From positions 178,895 to 242,894 of the forward strand of contig NMRA01000625.1 in the NCBI GenBank assembly GCA_002633005.1: a stretch of 64,000 nucleotides of DNA, given 5' to 3'. Positions 62,882 to 64,000 of the stretch are shown here, piece after piece; the first letter of the stretch is position 1, and the number at the start of each line of letters is the position of its first letter. The stretch comes from Phoronis australis. Lineage: Eukaryota > Animalia > Phoronida. Below the pieces are notes generated by a model. That model saw nothing but the letters and a program-made list of their open reading frames with translations, was not told where the DNA came from and did no database searches. The translations under genes were made by a program, and so were the position numbers.

Positions 62882-63556
62882 TAAATAATCTTCTTCACAA
62901 TAAACTTTTCCATGTACATTGTAGAATGCTTTCCCTCGTAATGTTCGACCTGAAATAGTAGGCATTCGTGTAAAACACGCGAGGTGGCCACAGGTGGCGT
63001 GCAGATCAGACTTACATTTCCACACCTGTTTAAGAATTACATATTTATACACAATCAGGAGTTCAAGGGAGAGATGCCCACTACTAAGTCTGATTGGATT
63101 TCTGTATTCGACCTGTGGTCCTGATTGCTCAGTGGACTAGAGTGTCTGCACGGTTAGCAGGAGATCCCAAGTTCGAGACCCGGTCGGGGGCAGAAATCTG
63201 TTCAGAGTTGATGCAGCCACAGGTGGCGTGCTGACCAGCCTTAGGTTTACAATTCAAGTAAAACATAGTTGCATCAACGACGATTAGTTTAAATCTAAGT
63301 CTTCATAAAGATAGTGTCCAGAATCCTCGATGGATTCAATTAATCTCTTGAGCAAAATATTTCCCTTTTCTTAAGTTCACAAACAGTGTCCAAAAACACG
63401 CCTCATTTGACCAGTAAGGCAACTGCATTCATTTGTATCAGGTTTCCGACTTACCACATGAACAGCAGACAAAGCAGGTTGAGTGGTACAAGTTACCCAT
63501 GGCCTGGCACGCTTCTGTAGCACCAGTCACTGTCTCACCACAGTGGTAGCACTGGC
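62882..63556 (-). CDS. Ajuba/LIMD1/WTIP-family LIM protein: two internal exons encoding LIM domain 1 (the gene enters from beyond the window end)
   Basis: Exons 63556-63455 (GQCYHCGETVTGATEACQAMGNLYHSTCFVCCSC) and 62949-62882 (GRTLRGKAFYNVHGKVYCEEDYL), with canonical splice sites and all eight zinc ligands. Confidence 0.9.
63117..63192 (+). pseudogene. tRNA-like sequence (pseudo-tRNA or SINE head)
   Basis: GGTCCTGATTGCTCAGTGGACTAGAGTGTCTGCACGGTTAGCAGGAGATCCCAAGTTCGAGACCCGGTCGGGGGCA. A-box and B-box motifs and a CTGC/GCAG anticodon stem are present, but the acceptor and T stems are mismatched. Confidence 0.6.
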
Positions 63557-64000
63557 CTGTAACAGACAACAGATAGAGTGAAAAAACACATAGTGAACAC
63601 CACACAATATCGCCATCCAGTGACATTGCCCATTTAGTCATGTAAGTGTATCAGGAAATATCCCTTGAACATAGTTTGCAGGAACTGAAACTTTATGCCT
63701 TAGTTTGAAGAAATAATGAATTTCCAATTCTTCCAAGCCCACAAATCACACTTATTTTGACTACCGTAAGTAATTTGAGACCAATTTCATCACTTAAATA
63801 AAAACGGTTTTGACACAAAGCATGGGTTTAATGCAGCTTCAAATATCTGGTGATGAATTTTGTAACATTGTTTAGTAATGTTTGATGAAAGAGATAACTG
63901 TACAAAATGTAAACGTTTCACAACAAAGTTTGAAAAAGGGCAAAGTTTAGATTTAATTGAGATAAAGCATGCCTTTACTTTAACCTTTATGAATATTTTA

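Noticed and set aside
63117-63192. Functional tRNA gene
   Set aside because: The acceptor and T stems are mismatched and the anticodon loop is non-canonical; treated as a repeat-borne pseudo-tRNA.

Overview
AT-rich, intron-rich animal genomic DNA. The genes and repeat landscape suggest a marine invertebrate, probably a lophotrochozoan; this is inference only. Reading GT-AG junctions by hand gives five apparently complete spliced genes and one partial gene: VPS33A (-, 16 exons, 4568-17268); a secreted CUB/Cys-rich/S1 serine protease (-, 9 exons, 19816-25861); the RPUSD2-type pseudouridine synthase (-, 9 exons, 29305-36855); an LRR-Ig single-pass receptor (+, about 41148-43700); an uncharacterised acidic 4-EF-hand protein (-, 13 exons, 46931-62056); and two exons encoding LIM1 of an Ajuba/LIMD1/WTIP protein (-, 62882-63556). 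Introns and intergenic DNA carry MITE-like and tRNA-SINE repeats and minisatellites. The most unusual signals are: (1) a 39-bp in-frame tandem array built from the VPS33A terminal splice acceptor; (2) degenerate copies of the RPUSD2 terminal exon arrayed in its 3'UTR; (3) an Ajuba-family LIM1 with no visible LIM2/LIM3 exons that can splice in frame onto the EF-hand gene; (4) a palindrome with a degenerate hammerhead-like core just after the LRR-Ig stop. All gene models were read manually, without RNA or database evidence.
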